Assembly (NCBI GenBank): GCA_052327205.1
Contig: CM126207.1
Span: 79,670,001 to 79,734,000, forward strand
Reading direction: 5' to 3'
Length of the DNA: 64,000 bases
Source: Somniosus microcephalus
Lineage: Eukaryota
Shown: one piece after another, positions 26,581 to 37,019 of the stretch
Layout of the letters: each line of letters opens with the position of its first letter
Position numbering within the stretch: position 1 is the first letter of the stretch
Notes under the pieces: model-generated
What the model saw: only the letters and a program-made list of their open reading frames with translations
What the model was told of the DNA's origin: nothing
Database searches by the model: none
Program-made: the position numbers and the translations under genes

Positions 26581-27759
26581 GTAATGACGGCGAACATTGA
26601 CAGTTTTGCCATCATTACCACCGCAAAATTCGGGTCAATGTTTCAGGTTGATGACCTTTCATCAGAACTGAAAGAAGTTTGAGAGTTAACAGTTTATAAG
26701 CAAGTACAGAGCCAGATGGAAAATGGGAGGGTGGGGATAGGGGTGAGGGGTTAATTATGCGCGCTGCTCTCACCCAGCGGCCATGCATTTCAGAAAACCA
26801 TCGGGATTCTACGTTCATTCATTCTAGAGACAGAAGCACGCATTCATAAAATCGGACCTTATATGTGAATGACAGGATGATGGGTTTTGACATTACTGCC
26901 TGATATGCAGACAAATGAAAAAGAGGCTTTCTAAACAGTTTGTGGGAAACGGTGTCCTTTAATTAATATTTAATCATTTTAATTGGCGAATGTTTAGGAG
27001 CTCTGCCACAATATTAGCCATTTCCACTTTCTGATTAGAAGTTGCAGCTACCAAATGAGATGGGAACAAATAACTCCTCTTTCGGCCACTTTAGTTATGT
27101 GTTGGGTTTTTTGAGTGGTTGATGGATGAGCAATTACAGGCTGCAATTTCACTATTTTTGTGAAATCAATGTGTGTACACTTAAACAATCATTGTTACTA
27201 TAACAAAAGCAGAATACTGCGGAAAATCTGAACATTGTTCCAATGTTTTACACACTGCCTTTTTCCAGAGAAATGCTCCAGTGCAGCAGGCACTGAGATC
27301 TGAATGCAACACACACGTTTGCGATTTTATTGTTCAATATACTTCAACAGCTGAATCCACCCACTGGTACCGGCTCACTGCACTCCCGGAACGCTCTCTA
27401 TTCTGCTTCCATGAATAGCCCCCGTTTCCTCAGTTGTGATTTTCCAGCCGCTCAGACTGAAAGTGCCGTTTCGAATTTGAAAGCTGAAATTTAAAGATGG
27501 TAATTTTCGCTGTCCGGGTTTTACTGAAAGCTACGAATCCCCCGTTTACCAGGGTTGTGTTTTCTGTCACAGAAACTGAACTTCACCAGCATGAGATTTC
27601 GGATAATTTCATTCGAATTCTTCCTCCCCCTGCTTCAATGAAACTTCAGACGCTGTGCCGAAAGATGCTCTCTCTGTGTACTAAACTATTTAAAATAATA
27701 TTTGCCATTTCGTTACAAATAGCACACAGGGAATTTTCCTTCTCTGCAATTGCTCTCGA

Positions 27760-28615
27760 GTTTTGCAGTGTACAGGGAGTGTCTGTGTGTTTTGCAGTGT
27801 ACAGGGAGTGTCTGTGTGTTTTGCAGTGTACAGGGAGTGTCTGTGTGTTTTGCGGTGTACAGGGAGTGTCTGTGTGTTTTGCAGTGTACAGGGAGTGTCT
27901 GTGTGTTTTGCGGTGTACAGGGAGTGTCTGTGTGTTTTGCAGTGTACAGGGAGTGTCTGTGTGTTTTGCAGTGTACAGGGAGTGTCTGTGTGTTTTGCAG
28001 TGTACAGGGAGTGTCTGTGTGTTTTGCAGTGTACAGGGAGTGTCTGTGTGTTTTGCAGTGTACAGGGAGTGTCTGTGTGTTTTGCGGTGTACAGGGAGTG
28101 TGTGTTTTGCGGTGTACAGGGAGTGTCTGTGTGTTTTGCAGTGTACAGGGAGTGTGTGTTTTGCGGTGTACAGGGAGTGTCTGTGTGTTTTGCGGTGTAC
28201 AGGGAGTGTGTGTTTTGCAGTGTACAGGGAGTGTCTGTGTGTTTTGCAGTGTACAGGGAGTGTGTGTTTTGCAGTGTACAGGGAGTGTGTGTTTTGCAGT
28301 GTACAGGGAGTGTCTGTGTGTTTTGCAGTGTACAGGGAGTGTCTGTGTGTTTTGCAGTGTACAGGGAGTGTCTGTGTGTTTTGCAGTGTACAGGGAGTGT
28401 GTGTTTTGCAGTGTACAGGGAGTGTCTGTGTGTTTTGCAGTGTACAGGGAGTGTCTGTGTGTTTTGCGGTGTACAGGGAGTGTGTGTTTTGCAGTGTACA
28501 GGGAGTGTCTGTGTGTTTTGCAGTGTACAGGGAGTGTCTGTGTGTTTTGCAGTGTACAGGGAGTGTCTGTGTGTTTTGCGGTGTACAGGGAGTGTGTGTT
28601 TTGCAGTGTACAGGG
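27760..28615. repeat. 29-bp minisatellite, left arm (~30 units; 25-bp variants)
   Basis: Unit GTGTCTGTGTGTTTTGCAGTGTACAGGGA repeated head-to-tail. Confidence 0.97.
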
Positions 28616-28904
28616 TGATGTGCCTCAATTATTCCGAGACTCGGAGTTAGCAGAACAAAAGTAAGGCTTTTATTAACTCAGAACATAACACGTAAAATAG
28701 AGAGATGTCTTCCTTCAGGAGGCTGATGCCCGACTGAACTTAGATTACAAAGGAGCCAGGTATGGGCGGAGCCCTGCACACAACCAGTTCCAGCACATTC
28801 CAATACATAATACATGAGGACTGGGGGAAGGGAAAAGACACAGAAAGCAGGCAGTTACAAGACACAGAAAACAGGCAGTGATGAATGGAATATATTTCAT
28901 CACA
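28616..28904 (-). repeat. 3' LTR (289 bp)
   Basis: Direct repeat of 32708-32996. Confidence 0.97.
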
Positions 28905-29043
28905 TTCACCCCTTCTATAGATTTAGTCTGTTCGGGGGTTTGATAGCCCTCTGCGACCGACGTGGCTGTTGTGGTGCCGCGGGTGTCGGCTGGGTGTCCC
29001 CGGTAGCCTCCTGGGTCTCTGCCGGGGGTGCCGCCGGGGTTGT

Positions 29044-30580
29044 TCAAGGGGTAGTTGGTGGGGGTGCCGTTGGTCGATGTTCTTCCGGGGGTGATGAAAG
29101 AATAGTGGGTGGGTAAGGGTTGCTGTGATCGTCGTCGCTGCTATTGCCGTGGTTGTTGTCGATGCCGGCTGGGGCGACGTCTTTTATGGACACGGTGTCC
29201 TCCCTTCCGTCGGCGTGCCGGACATATGCGTATTGGGGGTTGGCGTGGAGTAGGTGTACTGGCTCCACGAGAGGGTCCGTCTTGTGGCCCCTCACATGCC
29301 TTCGCACGAGTACCGGACCTGGGGTGGAGAGCCATGACGGCATGGATACGCCTGAGGTGGATTTCCGAGGAAAGACAAACATTCGTTCATGAGGCGTGGC
29401 ATTAGTGGCCGTACACAATAGCGACCGTATCGAATGGAGCACATCCGAGAGGACTTCCTGCCAGCGGGAGATAGGGAGGCCCTTGGTCCTTAGAGCTAGA
29501 GTGACTGCTTTCCACACTGTCCCGTTCTCTCGCTCCACCTGGCCGTTACCCCGGGGGTTGTAGCTGGTGGTACGGCTCGTGGCGATCCCCTTGGACAGCA
29601 TGTACTGGCGTAGCTCTTCACTCATGAAGGACGCCCCCCTATCCGTGTGGATATAGCTCGGCATACCGAACAGGCAGAACAGGCTGTTGAGGCATTTAAT
29701 GACCGTGGCGCTGGTCATGTCTGGGCAGGGGAAGGCGAATGGGAAACGGGAGTATTCGTCCACAATGTTCAGGAAGTAAACATTGCGGTCGACGGACGGG
29801 AGGGGGCCCTTGAAATCTAAGCTGAGCCGCTCGAAGGGCCGTGTAGCTTTGATTAAGTGGGCTCTATCTGGGCGGTAGAACCGAGGCTTGCACTCAGCGC
29901 AAGTGCGGCAGTTCCTGGTCAGAGACCGAACTTCCTCAATCGAGTAGGGTAAGTTACGGGACTTTATGAAGTGGAACAGCCGCGTGACCCCTGGGTGGCA
30001 GAGGTCGTTGTGGAGGGTCTGTAGCCGATCCTCGGTGGCGCTGGCACACATCCCTCGTGAGAGGGCGTCAGGGGATTCGTTAAGGGCCCCTGGCCGGTAA
30101 ATTATGTCGTACTCGAAAGTGGAGAGCTCGATCCGCCACCTAAGAATCTTATCATTTTTAATCTTCCCCCTCTGTTTATTGTTGAACATAAACGCTACCG
30201 ACCGCTGGTCGGTAAGTAGGGTGAAGCGTTTGCCGGCTAGGTAGTGGCGCCAGTGGCGCACTGCCTCCACGATGGCTTGGGCCTCCTTTTCCACGGAGGA
30301 GTGTCTGATCTCGGGGCCTTGGAGGGTCCTCGAGAAGAAAGCTACGGGCCGCCCCGCCTGGTTGAGGGTGGCCGCCAAGGCGAAGTCGGACGCATCACTT
30401 TCCACTTGAAATGGAGTGTTCTCGTCCACTGCCTGTAGCGTGGCCCGCTCAATATCCTGCTTAATGCTTTTGAAGGCGGCGTGGGCCTCAGCAGAGAGCG
30501 GAAAAGAGGATGCTTTCAAGAGGGGGCGGGCTTTGTCGGAGTAGTTGGGGACCCATTGGGAATAGTAAGAAAATAACCCC
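29044..30580 (-). CDS. Gypsy RNase H-integrase (continuation of pol after the frameshift)
   Basis: GLFSYYSQWVPNYS, ESDASD, EKEAQAI, TDQRSV, PDALSR; HNDLCHPG..CRTC; SLDFKG, HTDRG, VERENG. Confidence 0.9.
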
Positions 30581-32681
30581 TTTTCAGGGCTTTGGGAGTG
30601 TTGGGCAGGGGCAGCTCCCGTAGGGGGCGCAATCGGTCGGGGTCTGGTCCGATTTCCCCATTCTCCACCACGCTGCCCAGTATGCAGAGGCGCGTGGTGT
30701 TGAAAACGCACTTATCCTCGTTATAGGTGAGGTTGAGTTTTTGTGCGGTTTTCAGGAACCTCTCGAGGTTCGAGTCGTGATCCTGCTGGTTGTGACCGCA
30801 GATGGTGACGTTGTCGAGGTAGGGGAAGGTTGCCTGCAAGTGGTGGTCATCGACCATGCGATCCATCTCCCTCTGAAAGACCGAGACCCCGTTCGTCACC
30901 CCAAAGGGGACTCTGAGGAATTGGTAGAGGCGTCCGTTCGCCTCGAAGGCGGTGTACGGGCGGTCCTCTGGTCTGATAGGGAGCTGGTGGTACGCTGACT
31001 TGAGGTCGATGGTGGAGAACACCCGGTATTGGGCGATTTGGTTCACCATTTCTGATATGCGGGGTAGCGGGTAGGCGTCTAGTAGGGTGTACCTGTTGAT
31101 CGTTTGACTATAGTCGATCACCATCCGTTTCTTCTCGCTACCCCTTACCACTACCACTTGGGCGCGCCACGGGCTGTTGCTGTGTTCAATAATGCGCTCT
31201 TTCAGGAGCCTGTCTACCTCGGTCGCGATAAACCGCCTGTCCTCCCAGCTGTACCTCCTGCTTTTGGTCGCTATTGGCCGGCAGTTAGGGGTAAGGTTCG
31301 CAAATAGCGAAGGCGGCTTTACCTTCAGGGTAGCCAGACCGCACACTGTGAGGGGCGGCTGGGACCCACCGTACTTGAGCGTGACGCTTTGGTGGTTGCA
31401 CTGGAAATCCAAACCCAAGATCACGCTCGCACATAGATTCTTCATGATTAATACTTTAAAATTATCATACACAGTTCCGTTAACGCACAATTGTACCGTG
31501 CAGTAACCCAGAATGGTCGATGTCTGGGTTTTATCGGCCATAGAGATGGTACCCTGAGCAGGGACCACCTTTAGGGAGAGTTGTTGTGCCAGTTCAGGGT
31601 GGATAAAACTCTCCGTGCTTCCACTGTCAATTAAGCATTTAACCCGGCACCCGTTTACCTCGATGTCCACCATTGATTTGGATAGCGGATGCGGCCTGGT
31701 CTGGTCCACTGTGACCGATGCCACTGTAGGGCCCTGATCGAGACAAGATGGCGTCCACGCTGTCTGCTCATAAGATGGCGGACCCCACGAGGTCGGGCAA
31801 GATGGCGTCCAAGATGGCCACTCCCACGGCGCACACGCGGCGGTGGCAGGTTTTCCGGCGGTTGGTTTTCTGGCGGGGTTCCCTCTGCACACCTTCCCGA
31901 AGTGCCCCTTCTTACCGCACTTAAAGCAGGTGGTGCCTTTCGCCGGGCACAGGTTTTTGGTGTGCTTTGGCTGCCCGCAGAAGTAGCAGTTGGGTCCTTG
32001 ACGCATTGCGGCTGTCGTAGGGCTTCTGGGGGGAGAGCTGGGCCCCGCCGGTGTCGGGCTGCCGGGCGGGGAAGATGCCTTCCAAGATGGCGGCGCCCTC
32101 GGCGCACACGTGGCGGCGTGGGCGGCGCGGGCTGAAGAGTAGGCGTCCGAGTTTCTCTGGGCCATCTCCAGGGACCGCGCGGTGTCCGCAGCCTGTTTCA
32201 GGTCCAACTCCGTTTTTTCCAGCAGTCTTTGCCGGATGTGAGTGGAGCTGAGGCCTGTGATAAAGGCATTGCGAACAAGCTCGTCGGTGTACACTGCGGC
32301 TTTTACATCTCGGCACTTACAGTCCTTGCCAAGCTTTTTCAGGATGCTTAGGAACTCCTCCACCGATTCCCCAGGTCGCTGTGCGCGAGTAGCGAGTAGA
32401 TGCCTAGCATACACCTCATTCGTAGGCTGCTGGTAATGCGCCTTTAAGGTGTTGCAGGCGGCCAGGTACGTATCGGCGTCTTGGATGAGGGGGTAAACCC
32501 GGTGGCTTACCCAATTCCGTAGCATTCCGAGTCTCATCTTCGCAGTGTCCGTAGCGTCTTTGACGGCTGCGGAATTGTCCAGGAAGAATTCCATACAGTC
32601 AAACCAGTGTCCGAAGCGTGCTGATGCGTCCGGAGCATGTTGATCCAAATCCAAACGTTCGGGTTTCAGGAGTTGATCCAT
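30516..32681 (-). CDS. Gypsy gag-protease-reverse transcriptase ORF
   Basis: MDQLLKPERLDLD..., CYFCGQPKHTKNLC, CFKCGKKGHFGKVC, LIDSGS, SPWRAQVVVV, IDLKSAYHQL, PFGVTNG, YLDNVTICG. The frame is lost after ...PKALKR. Confidence 0.9.
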   Translation of the reverse strand: MDQLLKPERLDLDQHAPDASARFGHWFDCMEFFLDNSAAVKDATDTAKMRLGMLRNWVSHRVYPLIQDADTYLAACNTLKAHYQQPTNEVYARHLLATRAQRPGESVEEFLSILKKLGKDCKCRDVKAAVYTDELVRNAFITGLSSTHIRQRLLEKTELDLKQAADTARSLEMAQRNSDAYSSARAAHAATCAPRAPPSWKASSPPGSPTPAGPSSPPRSPTTAAMRQGPNCYFCGQPKHTKNLCPAKGTTCFKCGKKGHFGKVCRGNPARKPTAGKPATAACAPWEWPSWTPSCPTSWGPPSYEQTAWTPSCLDQGPTVASVTVDQTRPHPLSKSMVDIEVNGCRVKCLIDSGSTESFIHPELAQQLSLKVVPAQGTISMADKTQTSTILGYCTVQLCVNGTVYDNFKVLIMKNLCASVILGLDFQCNHQSVTLKYGGSQPPLTVCGLATLKVKPPSLFANLTPNCRPIATKSRRYSWEDRRFIATEVDRLLKERIIEHSNSPWRAQVVVVRGSEKKRMVIDYSQTINRYTLLDAYPLPRISEMVNQIAQYRVFSTIDLKSAYHQLPIRPEDRPYTAFEANGRLYQFLRVPFGVTNGVSVFQREMDRMVDDHHLQATFPYLDNVTICGHNQQDHDSNLERFLKTAQKLNLTYNEDKCVFNTTRLCILGSVVENGEIGPDPDRLRPLRELPLPNTPKALKRGYFLTIPNGSPTTPTKPAPS

Positions 32682-32707
32682 AGTGTTGAAAATTGAGTTA
32701 ATAAAAT

Positions 32708-32996
32708 TGATGTGCCTCAATTATTCCGAGACTCGAAGTTAGCAGAACAAAAGTAAGGCTTTTATTAACTCAGAACACAACACGTAAAATAGAGAGATGT
32801 CTTCCTTCAGGAGGCTGATGCCCGACTGAACTTAGATTACAAAGGAGCCAGGTATGGGCGGAGCCCTGCACACAACCAGTTCCAGCACATTCCAATACAT
32901 AATACATGAGGACTGGGGGAAGGGAAAAGACACAGAAAGCAGGCAGTTACAAGACACAGAAAACAGGCAGTGATGAATGGAATATATTTCATCACA
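32708..32996 (-). repeat. 5' LTR (289 bp)
   Basis: Direct repeat of 28616-28904; contains GC box CTCCGCCC and AATAAA on the minus strand. Confidence 0.97.
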
Positions 32997-33650
32997 CAGG
33001 GAGTGTCTGTGTGTTTTGCAGTGTACAGGGAGTGTCTGTGTGTTTTGCAGTGTACAGGGAGTGCCTGTGTGTTTTGCAGTGTACAGGGAGTGTCTGTGTT
33101 TTGCAGTGTACAGGGAGTGTCTGTGTGTTTTGCAGTGTACAGGGAGTGTCTGTGTGTTTTGCGGTGTACAGGGAGTGTCTGTGTGTTTTGCAGTGTACAG
33201 GGAGTGTCTGTGTGTTTTGCAATGTACAGGGAGTGTCTGTGTGTTTTGCAGTGTACAGGGAGTGTCTGTGTGTTTTGCAGTGTACAGGGAGTGTGTGTTT
33301 TGCAGTGTACAGGGAGTGTCTGTGTGTTTTGCAGTGTACAGGGAGTGTCTGTGTGTTTTGCAGTGTACAGGGAGTGTCTGTGTTTTGCAGTGTACAGGGA
33401 GTGTCTGTGTGTTTTGCAGTGTACAGGGAGTGTCTGTGTGTTTTGGGGTGTACAGGGAGTGTCTGTGTGTTTTGGGGTGTACAGGGAGTGTCTGTGAGTT
33501 TTGCAGTGTACAGGGAGTGTCTGTGTGTTTTGCAGTGTACAGGGAGTGTCTGTGTGTTTTGCAGTGTACAGGGAGTGTCTGTGAGTTTTGCAGTGTACAG
33601 GGAGTGTCTGTGTGTTTTGCAGTGTACAGGGAGTGTCTGTGTGTTTTGGG
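32997..33650. repeat. 29-bp minisatellite, right arm (~23 units)
   Basis: Same unit as 27760-28615, resuming in register after the TSD. Confidence 0.97.
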
Positions 33651-34059
33651 GCTACATTTGTTAATAATCCACAAGTTAAATGTGAGATAATGCGGCAAGA
33701 AAAAACAGACACCATTATTTTAGAAATCAACTTTAACGTACAGATTTCTCACGACTCTTTTAATGGGTCCTTACGAGAAAGACACTAACTTGTTATGGAG
33801 CTACTATACACATAGGTATGCATTCATATACATTTTCTGAAGCCATTTTATGATTAATCGTATATTCACTTTATGAGGTCAATGTCTATTTAAGTGTACA
33901 TTTCCATACATAGTTTACGAGGTCACTGCTTGATTCTTAAAAATGGTGATTGGGTTTCCCAGCTGACAAAAAAATACATACAGGGCTCCAAAATCCAGGA
34001 CAAGTGTGGCAGAATGGGTACCGCTAAGCTCTGCCCCGAACCTGCGGGAGTACATAAGA

Positions 34060-34315
34060 ACAGGGCCCTATATAATTGCAGTAAGATGTCTTTACTCTTG
34101 TACTCAAATCTTCTTGTAATAAAGGCCAGCATGCCATCTGCTTTCCTAATTGCTTGCTGTGCCTGCATGTTAACTTTCAGTGATTCGTGTACAAGGACAC
34201 CCAGGTCCCCCTGAACACCAACATTTCCCAATTTTTCAACCTTTAAAACATACTCTGCTTTTCTATTTTTCCTACCAAAGTGGATAACTTCACATTTCTC
34301 CACATTATATTCCAT
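34060..34315 (-). mobile_element. CR1 LINE ORF2 fragment
   Basis: MEYNVEKCEVIHFGRKN...DLGVLVHESLKV...LQLYRAL. Confidence 0.85.
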
Positions 34316-35594
34316 TAGCTGGGGTTAGGGCAAGGCCAGCTCATTAAAGTGTCTTCAGGAGGGTTGCCAGCTCTGGTCGAACATATTCTTGGAGGTTTCA
34401 TCACATGACCTCCAACTGGCCCGTCCCCAACTCTTGCCATTGCTAGTCTGACATGTCCACCTCACAGTGCACCACCTTCTCCTGCCAATTGGAAAGTGAA
34501 TAGAGTCTCTGTTACTCGATTGGATGATTCGTCACTGTCAGTCAACCGCCTTTATTCCCATGTCTGATATTTTTATAACTAATAAGCAAAAGTGTTCAAA
34601 GGATTATTTTAAAAACACAATTTTTTACGGCCCCGGTGATTTTTCTCCTGGGTTGCTGGCAGCAGCGTCCTGGAGATTAGCCTTTAATTCCTGGAGACTC
34701 CAGGACAATCCTGGAGGATCTTCAGTCCAAGTCCACGGCAGCGTGCAGCATCTTGGGTGCCCGCAAAATCCAGGGGATGGAATGGAAAAAGCAGTGCTGC
34801 TAAAGTTCCAAGCTGCAACGGAGACCAATCTGAGGTAAGATTGAATCCTTTGAACACTTTTAAATTGCCACTGGTATATTGTAGTGGGTATCTGTGGTAA
34901 ACCATTTAATGCCTAGAACCTTAATGTCTGGCATCCTAATGTATTCTGTTCATAAACTAGGTGTAATCGTGGTCAGGCATTAGTCCCAGCTAAGGATTCA
35001 GCCAAACATTCCAAAGCACCAGTCTATTGTGCCTGCATGCCTGCTAACTGAATGCAAATATACGATCTGCAAAGGGGGTAGAACAAAACCAATTGTAGAG
35101 ATATACTCCCCTGGAATTTTTAGAAAATTATGCATAACAATTATGCAGTCTAGTTAATTTTCAGAGGGGATTCCCTTAATTTTGGAATGATTCTTTTTAA
35201 CACATTGGTAATGGGTTATTTTAAAGGGATCCTCCGATCTGCAGTTTCAAGTTTAAATAGACAGAACTTATCATGAGTTGGAAGGAGGCTGCTAAATCTG
35301 TCATATTTTACTTTTGCAGAATACCCTACAGTAAATTACACTCTAAATTAAATTTGTCTTTGGCATTAGAAATGAGCAAACATGGAGGGTTTTCAAGAAT
35401 TATTTGCTGCTTTTTCCTACTCCAGTTGATCCTTTTGTGCAAGTGAAATAACTGATATTATACAAGCTGGTACAGAAGCTGTTGTACGTCAATTTTGCCC
35501 ATTTGTCAAATCTAGAACTACATTCAGTCATGCCCATCATTCTGGCATCATTTATAAAAGTTCCTGACATCTTGATCAGTCTGAAGCATTCCGA

Positions 35595-36183
35595 AGTTCA
35601 GCGGGAGGTTAGCAGCGGTAACCGTTAGCGCCCTGTGGCGTTGCGCTGCCGGTGATGACATCATCGGCATGCACAGCGCCCTGCTCGCGCCCCGGCCACG
35701 ATCTTAGGTAGCGCCCCCTGACTTACCGCCGGACACTATGTCTGACAGGGTCAGGGGAGTCTACCTGTGGCCGGGGCGGCGCTAGTTAAAGGGGAGGTGG
35801 CGGGCGGCCATTTTTGTTGCTGGCCGCTTGCCAGCACCTGCCCCCATTGCTGTCCCCGGCTCTCATGAAGCCCCCCCCAAGTGGAGTGCCGGGCTTGTTT
35901 GCCGGCACTCCCGATCCCTGGTGGCCCAGCTGGTCACTGGGACGCACTGCACCAGACCCTTCCCCTTTAATAAGGGGAGGAAGGCCTGCAGTACCGCGGT
36001 GCAGCATGTAGCGCCGCGATATTGCCTCGCAGCACCCCAAGAAGGACGCAGGCGCTTCCATTAGCGCCCCTCCTCCCTCTTGGGGTGCTACCTGGGAAAA
36101 TCAGCCGTGGGGGCGCTAATTTTTTGGGGCGCTACCCTGGTGAAGTTAGCGCCCCAAAGGGGGCGCGACTCAATTTTTCCCCC
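35595..36183. mobile_element. GC-rich MITE fragment (family of 17114 and 51475)
   Basis: Shared AGCGCC-rich blocks and terminus CAATTTTTCCCCC, as at 52292-52304. Confidence 0.6.
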
Positions 36184-37019
36184 AATGCCTCTTACCACCC
36201 CAACTACTGCTAATTCCCCTTGAATCTGTGCTATAAAGTTATGGAAGCTGCCATTAGATCTCAGAACACCCCAACTTGAAAGTTCTGACCTTATCCATGA
36301 TCACTATTATGGTTTTTGCAAGGTCATTGCACTGGTGATCTTCTTTTCTGTACTGCTTGAATTGTGCTTTTAGTACTCTATTTGTCATTGCTTTGGACAT
36401 CCAAAGTTAACTCGGAATTCTTCAGACATATTCTTCTCACAATGAACATGACACAAAACAAAAGCTTGTTGCATAATAGGTAATCTATCTCTCACCTTTA
36501 ACTGCTAAACTCTACTCCCATACTTTCCTTATTTATGCTCCAATAGTTCTTCTGCCTTTTTCACCTGCAAAAATGGCATCCTTCACGCTCATCCTCCTCT
36601 CTGAATCCTCACTGTATTGAAATCAAGTCTTCTCACCGTCTCCCACTCTGACTCAATGGGGGTAATTTTAACCTTACCTGCCCAGTGGGAAACTGACAGG
36701 ATCGGATCGGCCACTCATTTTGCATGAAGTCAATGGAAATGCAAGAGATGTAAAACAGGCTGCCGGCTCGCTATCACCCACTTTACACTATCGCACAAAG
36801 TCAAGATCTAGCCCCCTTATCAACAGAGCTTTGTATGATAACCCAAGAGCAAGGGGGAATTCCCTTCCACTCAAATGTTATTTTGCTTCTGTAGTTTATT
36901 TTTTGTAGATGTTTGTTGATGCAGCAAATTCAAGAAAAACGTTTCAGCCTGTGGTTGCCCCAGAATGAAGGTACCCTCATTCCCTAGTCCCAACTCCTCC
37001 CTCCTGTCCTAAAGACATT

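Larger units (their letters stand above)
20760..26636. mobile_element. Harbinger-like MITE split by the Gypsy insertion (arms 20760-21434 and 26581-26636), itself inside a Penelope-like fragment
   Basis: Degenerate TIRs GGCCCGTTTCTGTGGT / ACCGCAAAATTCGGGTC with AAT TSD (20757-20759, 26637-26639). The flanks AAAACAGAAAATGCTGGAAA...GTTAAT|GTTTCAGGTTGATGACCTTTCATCAGAACTG rejoin as one repeat. Confidence 0.7.
28616..32996 (-). mobile_element. Young full-length Ty3/Gypsy LTR retrotransposon with non-tRNA (self-complementary) PBS
   Basis: 289-bp LTRs at 28616-28904 and 32708-32996 (TG...CA, 2 mismatches) with 5-bp TSD CAGGG (28611-28615, 32997-33001) and PPT AGAAGGGGTGAA. Gag-pol runs from ATG 32681: two CCHC knuckles, protease LIDSGS, RT, RNase H and integrase, with a single frameshift at ~30580. 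Confidence 0.98.

Noticed and set aside
27497-28664. Several 295-373-aa Cys/Val- or His/Thr-rich ORFs (also 32832-33730)
   Set aside because: They are translations of the stop-free 29-bp minisatellite, open in multiple frames on both strands.
30560-30600. Programmed ribosomal frameshift in pol
   Set aside because: It lies inside RT/connection rather than at the gag-pol junction, and residues appear to be missing; better explained as a deletion.
27760-33650. 29-bp repeat array as a possible CRISPR
   Set aside because: Units are head-to-tail with no unique spacers, there are no cas genes, and the context is eukaryotic.
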